In this document: one piece after another, positions 13,171 to 26,700 of the stretch | Layout of the letters: every line of letters starts with the position of its first letter | Position numbering within the stretch: position 1 is the stretch's first letter | Origin: Geosiphon pyriformis uo1 | Taxonomy: Eukaryota > Fungi > Glomeromycota | Length of the DNA: 64,000 nt | Assembly: GCA_016748015.1 (NCBI GenBank) | Contig: JAAOMT010000760.1 | Coordinates: forward strand, 696,216-760,215 | Direction of reading: 5' to 3' | The notes under the pieces: generated by a model | What the model saw: only the letters and a program-made list of their open reading frames with translations | Database searches by the model: none | What the model was told of the DNA's origin: nothing | Position numbers and translations under genes: made by a program

Positions 13171-14249
13171 TATATTTCATTCAAAATCTTTAATTGAAAA
13201 AATTATTAAACCTTTAACTCAAAATGGTGATTATAAACACTTGAAAGGATTTCACAATGAGTTGCAAATGGTATCATAGATTTTACTTCTAAAAAGATAT
13301 TAATGGCTGAGATGAATACAAGAGTAACCATATATTTTCATTCTCTTCTTGCTATTTTCAATATAAAACAAGAATTAAAGTTTAAATTCTAATGAATAAT
13401 AGAAAAGTCTACACTCTAAATGATTGAAAACTAGGGTTGTTGCTGTTTAAATAAACAAAGTAACTAATTAATGTTAAATTTTAAATTATGAAATTCTTGA
13501 TTTAATATTTTATTCAGAAAAAATTATGTAATTTTAATAAGATTTTTACAGTAAATTTTTCAAAATTATATTTTATTTGAAAATTTCTACTTGAATTAAA
13601 ATAAACTATATATTTAGATTTCAACAATAATTTTAATTAAATAATTTTAGCAAATTTTATTTTATTTTAAAAAAATATATTAAATAATTTATGGAAGATT
13701 TTATGAAAATATTTTAGCATGATAAAATTGGGTTAAATACAAATTTATTATTATTATTTATTTAAAACAAATAATATTTTAAGCTATTAATATCATTATC
13801 AAATTTTTTATGTATGAATAAAATTATTGAAGCATCATAATTAATAATTGCTTAAGTTTTTTCAAAAACTATATTTTTTAGAATTCAAATAGAGTTTAAT
13901 TAATCAAATTAAACCAATTTATACACATTAAATTATCAAGTTGCATAATTAGTCAAGAATATTGTCATGCGGTAATTAATTATAAATTATGAATGTTATG
14001 TTGTAATACATTTTGAAAGTTACATTCCCAACTTGGGTTATGTGAAAATTAAAGCCAGTCTTAAATTCCAAAAACACTTATATTAAAATGGTAAATTGGT
14101 GGCTGATTATTAAAACATAGGATCGTAAATTTAAAATTTATACCACTCTTATTCGGTAAGAAATAATAGAATTTTTTAATGCGTTAAATCACCTTTAAAT
14201 TTTAACTATCTCTAATGCCTATATTGATTTCATATAAAGTCTCATCCCT

Positions 14250-14400
14250 TTATGAAATTTCTCACGAAAAGCTTTTGAATGAATTTCAACAGCTCATTTT
14301 TCTGGTATTTTTCATCATGATCTACACTCGGACAACCTCCTGCAATTAAAAATTTACACTAGTTGGAGATCAGGGAAGTGCGCTAACTTGTTATTATTAT
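14250..14400 (+). pseudogene. TKL protein kinase relic, catalytic-loop fragment
   Basis: STAHFSGIFHHDLHSDNLLQ (HHDL starts 14313) resembles the HRDLHSGNIL loop of Glomeromycotina TKL kinases. After a frameshift comes LVGDQG, similar to IxDLG. Confidence 0.55.
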
Positions 14401-14499
14401 TTCGATATTAGAAAAGGCAATTCCCAGTATTAGGCAACACTCCTAAGAAGGGTTCAAATTTTCATTAAAAAATGTTGCTTATACCCAGGCGTAAAATAC

Positions 14500-16110
14500 A
14501 GTAAGTTATTTTTAGAATGAAATTTAAAATTTTATGCAATGAATTTTATGAAAGAATTTGTTAAAAGAAAAAATAGTTATCAATAAATATTAAAAAAATT
14601 AGTCTAGATTTAAAAATAATAATTAAATATTCTACTATAATTCTATAAAAATTTTATCAAAATAATTTTTTATTTTATTCCAGGATTATTTTTTTATATT
14701 TATATAATCTTATCAAATTATATATATATAAACATAGTTGCTTATACTAAACAAAAAAATTTATCGATTTTATAATATATATTAATATTGATTTTTTGTT
14801 TTAAATTATGTTAGCAAAAAGATCAGCCTAATGTAGCTTAATGTTTATTGTAGCTATTTACAGTAGGGACCAAAAGTAACACTCGATTTTTTAAATTGTT
14901 ACACAACAATAAATCGGGCTTTACTTTTGGTGCCTACTGTACATACATTTAAGCACTTAAATAAATAAATAAATAAATAAAATTATGTGTTATACTAATA
15001 AAAAGCTTTAAAAATAACAATTTGATTAGTTAATGCCATTTTTTGCTGACGAATTTCATTTTTTAGTTCTGTTTAATTTAATGAACATAAAAATAAAATT
15101 CATATTTTGAGCTTTAATAAAATATTATTTTACAAAATTGTGTTACATTTTTAATTTTGTAAATTGTTTAATTTGTAAATATGTTAAGTGATTAATATGT
15201 AAAATTATAAACATTTATTTTTTGTACATAAATATATAAGCCTTTATAATAAATCAATAAAATATTTTTATATGACATTAATTATTAAATATTTAAATTT
15301 CAGTTATATTTAAGAAAATTTTATATTTATTCTCTTCTAAGAAAATCAATTAAAATAAAATATTTTTTATTAATTTTATTACTTTAAATTTAAAACTTAA
15401 ACAGTAATATGTTAATTTTTTGTTTTAAAAATTAATTTACATAAATTTTTTAACATATTTTTTATTTTTTTTTGGAATTCGAAATTTAAATAATCTTCTA
15501 ATTGTTTAAGTAAATTAAAATTTATCCAATTGTATATATTAAAATATCAAATTAATATATAATAAAACCTTAAATTATACAAACACAATTAATTTTAACT
15601 TTATTTTTAATTAACAATTAAATTATTAACCCAACTCATTAAAAATAAATTGCAAATATGACAAATAAGTATTATATTAATTTTCTTAAATTTTTAAATT
15701 TTGTAATATTATCGAATTATTTTATTTATATTTATATAATATGTCAATTTATTATATTTTAATATCCAAATTAATAAAATTTAAACCATTTAAAGGTCTA
15801 ATTTAAATTGATTTTTTGTTATTTCAAAAAAATTTCAAAATTTAATTATTGCAAATTAAATAATAGTATTAATGCACCAAGTTTCTAAGAAATATTGACA
15901 ATCAATAAATTTTGTAAATAAAATTAATATTTTATTTTTTATTGAAATCAAAAATTTTTTTTAATTTTAATTTTTACAATATTTTAAAAAACTAAATTTT
16001 TCAAAATTGGAAGTTGCAAATTAATTTACATCTGACTACAATAATTGCAACTTTTTAATTACAATTTTTTATTAATTTTAAATATTTTGTTTGTTTTTGT
16101 TTTTATTTTT
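14500..16110. repeat. Extremely AT-rich decayed block
   Basis: Very low GC, CpG nearly absent, no ORFs. It ends where the lipase duplication homology begins. Confidence 0.5.
14861..14939. mobile_element. 79-bp Tc1/mariner-type MITE
   Basis: TIRs are CAGTAGGGACCAAAAGTAACACTCGATTT and (reverse complement) CAGTAGGCACCAAAAGTAAAGCCCGATTT, 25/29 identical. TA flanks both sides (14859-60, 14940-41). Confidence 0.8.
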
Positions 16111-19052
16111 TGGAATTAAGATAATTTTGATAAACAAAATATTTGGAGAGATATAGGCTGCGTATTGCAATGAAAAAAATTTTTAATATTCGTTAAACTT
16201 TTACAGAATTACCTGTTTACTACTTGATTTTACACAAGTATAGAAACAAGAAATTAGTTCTTAGCAAATAAATATCATACTCTAAAACCTATCTTTTAAT
16301 CAAGATTTATCCGAAAAGTAGTTCGAAAATCTTTGACCAATTTAGTTAACATAATTATAATTCAGGTTTTAAATTATTATTATTTAGCAAAGACTTGTAT
16401 AAAAAGTATCAACTTTTTTCTAGGTTAATAACCAATATAAAATTTTGATTTATAATAACTATATTGTTTGGTTATATATTAAGATACTCGTGTTTTTAAG
16501 AAGCAATATTATCAAACACTGAAGAAACGGTCTCTTATTTTATTAAATAAAAATATAGCAACTATGTAAAACACGTTTGAGAAAACCTCACAAATTTTGA
16601 AGGAAATGCCATAATCAATTTTCCGCTTAATCAAGTGAAAATTTCTAAAAGAATATATAGACTCCTCTAAAATTATAATATTATTTTCCTGAATTAAATA
16701 CGAAAATATTCTATGGTGCTAGAAAGCAGGAAGAAACTGAATGGATGCATTTCAAGAGGTAAAGGGTCGAATACAAATTAGTTCAGTGAATTAGGGAACT
16801 TTCTTAAGTTGAAATAAGGTATATTGAATACAAATAAAAATTTTACAATTATAAATAAGTTAGAAACAAGGGATTTAGATCACAAGAGCAAATAAAACGA
16901 TAAATAAAAGATTTATTTATTTAAATAATTAGAGATGTGATTTGAAATCGTGCATTATAAGATGATGAATCCTAAGAAAAAATATTTTTTCAATCAAATA
17001 CTTTTAATGTTCCTTTTATTTCTTATTTATATACTCTCTTTTTCAAAATTTACTCCATTTCCGAAGGGTAAAAAACATAAACCCCCTTCAAAATATGCCG
17101 CTCATTTATATCTTAAAAACCCAAATTCAACACTAAATTATCTTGATTTAAACAGTTGGAAAAATGGTTTGCAACAACGATCGTCTCTATCTCCACCCAA
17201 AAAACCGTTCAATCCTGACACCACTCTTAACCTCCCTGCGTTGGCTGTGGCAGCAAATCAAGCCTATTGTGGGAGAAAATGGAAGATTTTTGCAGGTTAA
17301 ATTTACGGAATATTCTTTCACAAGTTTTCACCTTTCCAAATATTTTGGTTCGTATCATTATTTACCCAAAATTTTTGGATAATTTTAGTGAATATAGTTT
17401 TAGGCGAAGAATATATTATTGCTTTTGGAGGTAGTGAACTGATGAATTCTTGGAACATTTCATTTAACATATAGCTCATATTCTTTAATATATTTATGTA
17501 GGATTTAAATGGACTAAATCTGAATGGATAGCCTGGAAACCTTTAATGACCACATTTCAAGTAAATGACCTCAAACCAGAACCAGCCATTCGAGTAGCAG
17601 AATTATGGCAAAAAGGATTTCTTATGCTAAAGGACACTATTTTTTCAACCCTTGAAGCATTTATTAAAAAAGGTTTGACTATTCCAAAAATCATCCATTT
17701 TACCGGATGGGGTACTGGTGGTGGTATGTTTTAGATCTCTTACTCTCAATAAATTATAAATTTGAAAGTTAACCACGTTTGACAAATGCTATTCTCGATT
17801 TTATTTAAAGCACTCGCAACTATCGCCGCCATTACCTGGCAACTAGAATCCTACATAAATAACAAGTTTCTCGATTTTCAAGTACGAGCTACCACATTTG
17901 GGGCTCCTCGAGTCGGAAACAAATATTTTGCTTGTCTGATTAACAAATTTCTAGATATCAGAAGAGTAACATATTTCAAAGATCATGTTCCTCACTTTCC
18001 GAAACCTAAATTAGAGAAGGAAACTATGGTACACCATGAACTTGAGATCTGGATAGTTCCCAAAAAATTGTGTGACTGTCCAACTGAGTTTAATATTTGG
18101 GAATGTCAAGGTTTTGATTATAATGGAAAGGCACCACGACAAGTTGGAGTATCCAATGAAACATTCTTTCCACACCATGGGATGACAGGAGAAAATCAGG
18201 TTTCTAAAATAAATTTGTCATTAAATTGAGAGAATAGTTTAATTGAATTTGAGTCTTAATTTTTTTTAAAATTTTCAAGGAGTGTAATGCTGGCCAATCA
18301 ATTGTACAGGTGCGAAGGAATTTTGTTCATGCCGGGCCATATTTTGGTGTAACAATGGGAGATTGTTCGTCGCTTCCTCTCATCAAACTTTATTGAAAGA
18401 AAAATATCATTTTTTCTCCAATATTACTATTTCAGAGGTAACATGAGGATTATCTTTGTTTATGAATTGATTGAACCTTATTACCTATATCAATGCAATT
18501 GCTATTTTGGTAGATATTTCACTTATTGGATTTGCCTATTTTAATTCTTAAATCCAGAGATTTAATTCAAAATCACTATTTCAAAATGTAATAAGAACTG
18601 AATTGCCTATTTAAAAATATAAAGGGTTGAATCTTATTTAGCAAAAAAATCTGAGTAGTGGTAAAGTACAATTAATTTTGATTACCCATATTTTTCAATT
18701 AGCATTTGGTGCTTCTAATGCTAGTTTTTATGTAATATTTCAGCTAATTGTCACATAAAACATATAAAGTTTATTTTCAAATATGAATGTTTTTTTTTTT
18801 GAGAAAAATAGTTTTCCTGCAACCTGAAAAGTTTCCTGAATAAATAAAGCATAAATTTTAAGCTTTTATTTTACATTAAATTAAATGCTTAGTATTTTGC
18901 AAAAGAATAATGGCTCAAGATTTATTGGCTAATAACCCAAAAAAAATGAAATATCTTGGTTATTTCCAAATTATAATTAGCTAAAAATATTCTAATTAGA
19001 ATATTTGCAAATAATATGGACTTTTCTATTTTTTACAATTTTTATTCACGGG
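16110..19052 (+). repeat. Arm 1 of an inverted segmental duplication (partner 37093-39740)
   Basis: Promoter, exons, introns and 3' flank align by eye to the reverse complement of 37093-39740, with indels. Confidence 0.9.
16962..18396 (+). CDS. Class-3 lipase-fold protein with N-terminal TM anchor and no catalytic Ser (copy 1)
   Basis: Exons 16962-17295, 17389-17430, 17502-17723, 17811-18199 and 18280-18396 join in frame. Motifs: YIIAFGG, HFTGWGTGGALA, TFGAPRVGN, RVTYFKDHVPHFP, HHELEIW, FVHAGPYFG. Confidence 0.88.
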
Positions 19053-19918
19053 TCCTCTTTTTTGGGCATGTGTAATTTGATTCAATATCATAGAATTCAT
19101 CTAACAATAATACATGTTGCTTGATTGTTAAAAAAAGCAGGACTTAACTTTTTAAGCTATTAATAACAGCTCCACAAGGAATTGACATGGGCAAATCAGA
19201 TTAAATTCCATAGTATTTTTCGATGAATTTAAATTTTTTGAACGAATATAAGTGAAAGGACCAAGATTTCACAATAGTAAGAATTCTATTAATAAGAAAT
19301 TCTCATATTTAATACTGTAAAAAGTGGTTAATGGAATTCCGGGTAATTTATAAACAAGGATTTCTTTGTTTATTATGGGATTGAAGTAATTAAAATCTTG
19401 AAATTTCCCAATAAATTTCTTTTTTAAATAGAATTAAAGCACAATCATTCCAAAATTGTATTGCAACTTGTAATAATGGGAAAATTTTATTGCTTAACCA
19501 ATTTCGCAACCAATTAAGGAACTTTTTCAGAGAAGTGGATCTTCAGCTCCGTATTTCGTATTAAAGAAATCGTCAAATTATTTTAAAAATGGTTATACTC
19601 GAGATGAAAATGATATCGAAAATAAATGTTATTTTACTCAAATACTTATAGGAGATTGGTTTCAAGGATATCCTAGGTTAGCTCTTTAAACAATTGAGAT
19701 GAAATTTGGATTCGAATTTCCGTAAATCTTTTTCTTTTTTAGAATTGTAATTTGTAAAAAGTGTGATATTTCAAACTCGAAAATAAATTGGTTTCTTTTG
19801 CATCTTGCCTATTAAAATTTTTTAATATGAGTATTAAAAAATGCATTTATCATAAATTGCTGAGAGAATAACGTTTAATTCAAAAATTTTATTTTTATCA
19901 AAAATTCTATTCGATTTT

Positions 19919-20729
19919 TTAACTGAATTTTTGATTAATAGAGTAATCATTTAATTTTGGATCAAACCGAGAATTTGGAATACGGAAAAAAGTTTCAATT
20001 GGTGAAATACCGAAAAATCTTGTTTCCACCTCTCCATTGATAAAATGAGGGACAAAAAATATAATTTCAAGTTTCTTGATGTCGATATCAAGAGCATCTT
20101 TATTTACAGTGTCGTGGTTTGGCCATACCAAATGTTTTTCTAATGACCTATTTACAAAGAGATCAAAACGGCTTATAAATTAAAAGTTCAAACTCTGTAA
20201 GTAAAATATAATGTGGCTCACCACTTATGGACCTTTTCTAAGTATTGTTTCCTATTTTAAATTTTTTTGACAGATATTTATCTACTCAAAATACAAAGTA
20301 GTTGGTTCGAGTAAGCAGAAAAAAATATGATAATCTTCAAGGATAAAAAATTGAAATTACTAACTTGATTGAATTGATTCGTAGCAATGTAAACGCCACA
20401 TACATAATACAACCAGTCAGAATTACATGTACAATCATATTTAGGACTCCTAAAATTTTATCTGAAGTATTTTCATGATTTAATGAAAAAAAATTTGAAT
20501 AGGGATGATTATTCGTGTTTCGCATGAAATTTATAAGTTATGATTAAGGCTTACCTAATATCGTCTCGTCTCGTCCAAAGAAAGATGAGGAAGCCAGTGA
20601 TGACGGTGTTGTGACAAATGGATATGACTCGGCCAAAATGTTTAAAGAATCGTCATCATCTGCTTCCCAGACATGCACAATAATCGATAAAGGTTTTCGG
20701 GGTGTTGTTTCAAATGTTGAGTAGCTCAT
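19919..20729 (-). CDS. Hypothetical small single-pass membrane protein, 4 exons
   Basis: MSYSTFETTP...DETILG | VLNMIVHVILTGCIMYVAFTLLRINSIK | KQYLEKVHKW | SLEKHLVWPNHD...QKFS* joins in frame across three GT-AG introns. One hydrophobic helix, no recognised domain. Confidence 0.55.
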
Positions 20730-23700
20730 TTTTTGGTTGAGATTGCGGTCAAAAATATGAGTTTCGAGTAAACGAATGATATTTTCGACCTGGTGATTTT
20801 TTTTGAAAACGCCAAATCGACATATAATGAAATAACCCCCTATGCCATAAAAAAGCCACAAATAAGGGGGAACTCGGAGTAGATCTATTTTGAACCTCCT
20901 GACCAATGATACTGGCCATTAAAGGTGATCACACTTTTTTGAACTTGAATAAGTCATCCAGTAAAAATTCCGAGAATTTTTTTAAATATAAATTTAAAAG
21001 TTTAAGATTTCTTTGAAATTCGTTAAATCGAAAAGACATCTTTCCCATCAATATTGATATTCAGAAAACTCCTAATTTAAATCTCTTGAAATCATCAATT
21101 GAATAAGTTTGGGCTGAAAGATATTTCGTAAAGTGATTGGTATTCCTGCTCTTTCTATTCAACAAGCTCAAGCTGTATAATCAAGGGAAATAAAGTTCCG
21201 CCATTGTACTATCCACATTTTGATAATTTTAATTTGGGACGGTCAATTTAATCTGGTGGCTTGAATTTATTCTTGTTTCCAAATATCATTTGACTTAATA
21301 TAACAAAATTCCAAATTGACCAAAGAAATTATTACTTATTTAACTTTGACTTAAATGCATAATGGCCAATGAGAACCTGCAATTACAAAAAAATTTATTT
21401 AAAGGATGACATTTAATATTCTTAAAATTTTTAAAAAATTTTATTCATTCCCTTTTAAGAAGGTGAGCCCTGGTGTAATTTTTTCAAACACATTGAGTCT
21501 GAATCAAAATTTTTTTCTGGATAAATCAAGCATATAAAGCTCTATTCATATTTCTAAATGTATTACATATAATTTTGTTTCAAATCTCCTAGTTACAAGA
21601 TTTTGTCTCAATTAAAAAAAAAGATTAATAATTAATTTTTTTGTGAACAATTGTAAGTCATCATTATTTAAATAGATTGTAACCAAAAATATTATGCAAT
21701 TAGTTATAACTGAAAACATTCAAGAAAATTAATAAATTTGAATAATCAATGATAATTGATTATTGAAAACAAAAAAGAATTATTCAAAGTTAAATTAGCT
21801 CTTTATTTTCTTAACAATTTTTTTCCCATATTTGAAAAAAAATTCACGAATTCTAAAATTGACCGATAAATGGCAAGTTTACAAAAAAAACTTGAATGTA
21901 TAACTTTTTATTTTAGCATCTATTAATTTATTAACATATTTTGAAAATCTTAAATAACAATCAAATTCAATAAAGAGCCTAAAACACCTCCAATATAAAC
22001 ATAAATATTTCTCAAAATAATAAAAATTTTACAGAGTTGTTATAAATAGTTTTTTTTATATTATAAAAAATGCAAGTTTTAAATAAAAGTATGGATTTGA
22101 ATTTAGAACTTTATTGCCCAGGAAATTAACAAAATTTTATCGAAGAATATGAGACACACATTAATCATTCATCCTTAGTTTTTCTGAATAATTTCCCAAA
22201 AATTTTAGAATTATGCAACATATTAAAATTTAGATACCTTCAGAATTTTTAAGATCTGAAATATTTTAAATTAAATTTCTGATGTATGTTTCCCAAATTT
22301 TTTGTCAGTTAATACATAAACGGCTTCTTTACATTATAACATTGTGGTTTATTTAAAAAAATTTATTAAAAAGCTGAACAAAGGACATTTTCTTAAATTA
22401 TTCAAGATCGTACAATGTTTGTTTATTTTCAAATTACCTTGGTATTATTAAACAATGTTAATAAGTTGGTGAGTTTTACATATAACTTGATGAGCACTAA
22501 TAGTTGAAAGAAATCAGTTTTATTTTATCTTTTGAAAATTAAAAATAAATTATTTAAATAAAAATCAAGAATAAAATTGTCATTTAAAAACATTATTCAA
22601 AAATCAAAAAAGTTATTATCCGTTTAAAATTACTTGATTTTTATGATTAATCCGTTCAAAATAATTCATATCGGAATTATTAAAAAAAATTAGTTACAAA
22701 AAAGAGAATCAACTAGTTTTCTCTTAATTTGGTCATAATCGATCAACTTTTTGAAGCAATATATTATCATATTATTTTTGAATTTAAAAAACAAAGATTT
22801 TAATATTTCTATTTTTGATCAGGAGTCTAATTAATGTTTCTTAAAATATCAAATGAGGTTTAGTGAATGATGAAAATTTGCATAGAATACTTTTTGTAAA
22901 ATCCTTTTTAGGAATTCATCTTTTCTAAATAGAAAAATCAAACCAGATGGTCCAGCATAAAATTTATAAAAGGATATATTCAGCATTATTTAATTTTTGT
23001 ACATTAACTTGTTTTTAACTAAATGAAAATAAATCAATCCTGGTATTAAATTGTTAATGTAAAAAAATTTGAAATATTTTTTAAACCTTCGTATGGTTCG
23101 AGATTCTAAAATAATTCCTATTAGATTGAATTAAAAATTTTGAATCACAATATTTTAAAATTCTAACAAAACATATTATTATTATAGGAATCAATTATTA
23201 TGAGGATACAAAAGAATTTTACTAATATTATTTAGCACTTTTTATTGACAAAATCTATTAAACTATAAAATACGACAGAAAATAAAATAATGTATTTTAC
23301 AAAATTAATTAAAGTGGAGCACAACATAAAAATGGAACATGGAAAATTTCTTTTTATCTATTAATTTTCATTGTTCAGAACTATACAATAATCATCAAAA
23401 AAGGTGAAGATTTAAAAAGAGGTGAGATTATGCATGTATTTAGATTGGACACAAGAAGATTGGATTTTTATGAAATAAAAAAATGTCGGTATCTGTTAAT
23501 TTTACGAATTTAATATGTAAGTTGGATAATTAAAGAATAATTTTTTTTCGTCTCTTAAAATTTGATCCAAAAAACTCTGCGCCCAACAAACCTTAATGAT
23601 AAAAGGTCTTACAAGGAATATATATATGCCAAAAATTATGGGTGAACCTTTTTAAGAAATTCCCGTCTTTTTAAGGCTGATCATGCATACCTATCCATTT

Positions 23701-26700
23701 ATAAATGACATTAGCCGAAAACCGTTATTGTAATTGTAAGTGTCATGCTTGGATACTGGTCACGATCGCATATGTCAATTAAAAATAAACAAACAAACCA
23801 TCTACCAAAAAATAAATTCAATTCTTTTGCCTCGGAGATATGCACTTCGGTTTCGAGTTTTTTGGCCAACTTGGATCAAAACCTTTTAAAGTGACTGATA
23901 ATTTTATATATGATATATATATACTATATATTTGGTTAAGATTATTAGAAGATAAAATATTCTTCAAATGGGGATGATTTAAATTTTTACACATTATAAC
24001 TCCATAAAATATTTTTTGTGATTCTTGCATGGCTTTCTTATTTGATGTGATTGAGGCTGAGCTCTTAAGTTTTTATATTTTATTAAAAAAAATTTATTGA
24101 AAAAAAAAGTTTTAGATAATTTATGAAAAGAATAAAATTCGTTCATATGATCTCATGTGGTGTGTCAGGGGACAAATGCAGGGTCCCAAACAACCTTGCC
24201 ATTGTTGAAAGGAGAAAAAGAAATCTGTGGTATTTTCATTAAGAAATTTTATAAAACCGTGATCTTTACCATATATAACCTTGTAATTTGTAAAAAGCCA
24301 AAACCTTAATCGTTTTAGTTCCCATTGAAAATGTAGTAGTGGTGACTACATGAATTAATGTCAGCCAAAAAAAGCCAAAAAATTTTGGGCACCAATTCGG
24401 GACGGGCAAACAGCTAAACTCTATTAAATTGTATTTATCATTTGTAAATTTTAAAAGGGATTTAGAATAATGCAAATATGTAATTTCGGAGGAATCTGAG
24501 GAGTCATGTAATTTTTGTTGGTTAATGTTAGGGAGGTAGCAAGATATTAGTGAATTTGCACTTTAGGGATTTGATCTTTTGCTTAGCAACATGGTTTCTT
24601 GATACTTGATTATGCAATATTCACGCCGACCCTCCCCTAGTCACCCTAGTCTAGTTGAAATTTTATGCACTCAACTAATAGAAAGAGATATGAATTGGAA
24701 AAGTCTTTCTGTTATTATACTTCCTATATAAAAATTACCTATAAAATAAGAACAATTAATTAATTAATTAATCGAATCTGTAAATAATTTCCGAACATAG
24801 AAATTTGCTCTCTGTGCAGGTAACTTTTGGGACTTTTATGCTCTTTAAAATTTCTATTTTTTACCAGAATATGTAAAAAAAATTTTTTTTTTATAAGAGC
24901 GATCAGGGATATGTTAAAGGCAGACCTACTAAAAATAGAAAAAGAATGATTGTTTTTCTTTAAAATACCTTGAAAAATATGCATGCAAAATATTTGTACA
25001 TAAAAGACAAAAGCCCACGCTTTTAAGTTTACATATTATTCAAAATAATATGCAATTTAAGAAATTAACCATGAGTATGCATCAACAGCCGTCAATGAAG
25101 CATGAATCGCATGGCAGGAACTTTAAATATTTAATAATGAAGTCAAAAAAAAGATCAAGGATAAATTTATGGTAGTCTTCTTTAAGATAAATAAATATAT
25201 GTTTGAAAAATAGCCTATTATAAATACTAGCAAAAATATTTGCAAAAATAATTTTTTCAGTTTTTTCATGATCAATTTCTAGGAAAATTAAATTTTCTGA
25301 TACTATCTCATTGGCATATTGGGAATTTAAAAATTATCAAATTAAAATTTTAAAGTTTTTGGCTTATAAACTCAATTAACAGGAAAAGTTATATGAAATA
25401 CCAGATTTTTCATTTCAAAAAAAAAAAATAGTGATTTGATCATATTCCCAATATCATTCCCAATAAAAAGGTATTTTTTATTTCAACAATGCATTATCTA
25501 ACATCTTTAAGAGTACAAATGCAGGGACAAAACATGGATACATTAAACTAATCATTTTTTTTAAAACTCAAGATAAATAATAAAGCCACATTAAAAAAAT
25601 TTATTTCTTCAAAAATTTTGGCGTTATGTAAGATGTGCAAAGTATTGTAAATTGAAATTTACAAATTCGGTAAAAAATTTTTTAATTCAAATCCTTTTTA
25701 TTTTTAAAATTCGAACAACCGATTTTTCTTGGTTACTAGCTGAAAAACTCCAATATTCGTTTTGCATTTTAGAGTAAAAACTGTTGGCATTTGGTTTTTA
25801 TTTTAAATTATCATTAATTCCAAACATCTCGATCAAAATAGCTCTATTTGTATCTGTTGAAATAACATCACAAATTAAATATATTCCCAAACCACATTGT
25901 ATTTCCGATTACAATCGGCATTCTCAATAAATTAATTCAAAGTTTTATATTAAATAATTACAACTTTTGAAGCCGTTTCTCTTAATAAAACCCCTTTTCT
26001 ATTATTATTTTAATCTATTTAACACATTTTTTAGATTTTGAATCACATTCTTTGTCAAACTCAAATTCAATAAAAATTATGGTTTTCTTTCTGTTTGTTT
26101 TTTCTTCCGGAAATTTCTCTTTCAGTCATACCGACTAGTAGACCAACCTGACGCTCACAAGGAGACATTGCAACAAATTTCGTGTAAATTACGTCAAGTC
26201 ATTTTTTTTTTACTTTCAAGCAGTATTAGCTTCGTTGCATGGTGTCTGCGCATAGATGATCATGAACAACCTTTTTTCGCCAGTGAACCGCCCATTCTAG
26301 AAATTAAAATTGCCCTGGTTAAAGATCGAATATACAAATGATCTCGAGAAAATTTTCTAAAAGTTCAATTATTATTATTATTATTATTATTATCCTGATA
26401 AAATGTAAACTGTTATTCAATAAAATCGATGTAATCAAAAACATGAACCTCTCCGTCCCCAAAAAAATTCATGACACAAGCAAAATTTGATAATCTCGAT
26501 TCAAGATATTTCTCAAGATTTGAGTATCAACAAACAATTGATCATTGACTCTTGAATGATGTCAAAATTAGAAGTTTCCTAATAATAGGAAACGAACGAA
26601 AAGAAAATTGTCTTGTTGTATTTGTAAAAAATTTTGTTTCATTAATTCTTTTTTGATAATTCATAGAGGAGTTTAAAATGGGAAAGTTAATTTGATACGA

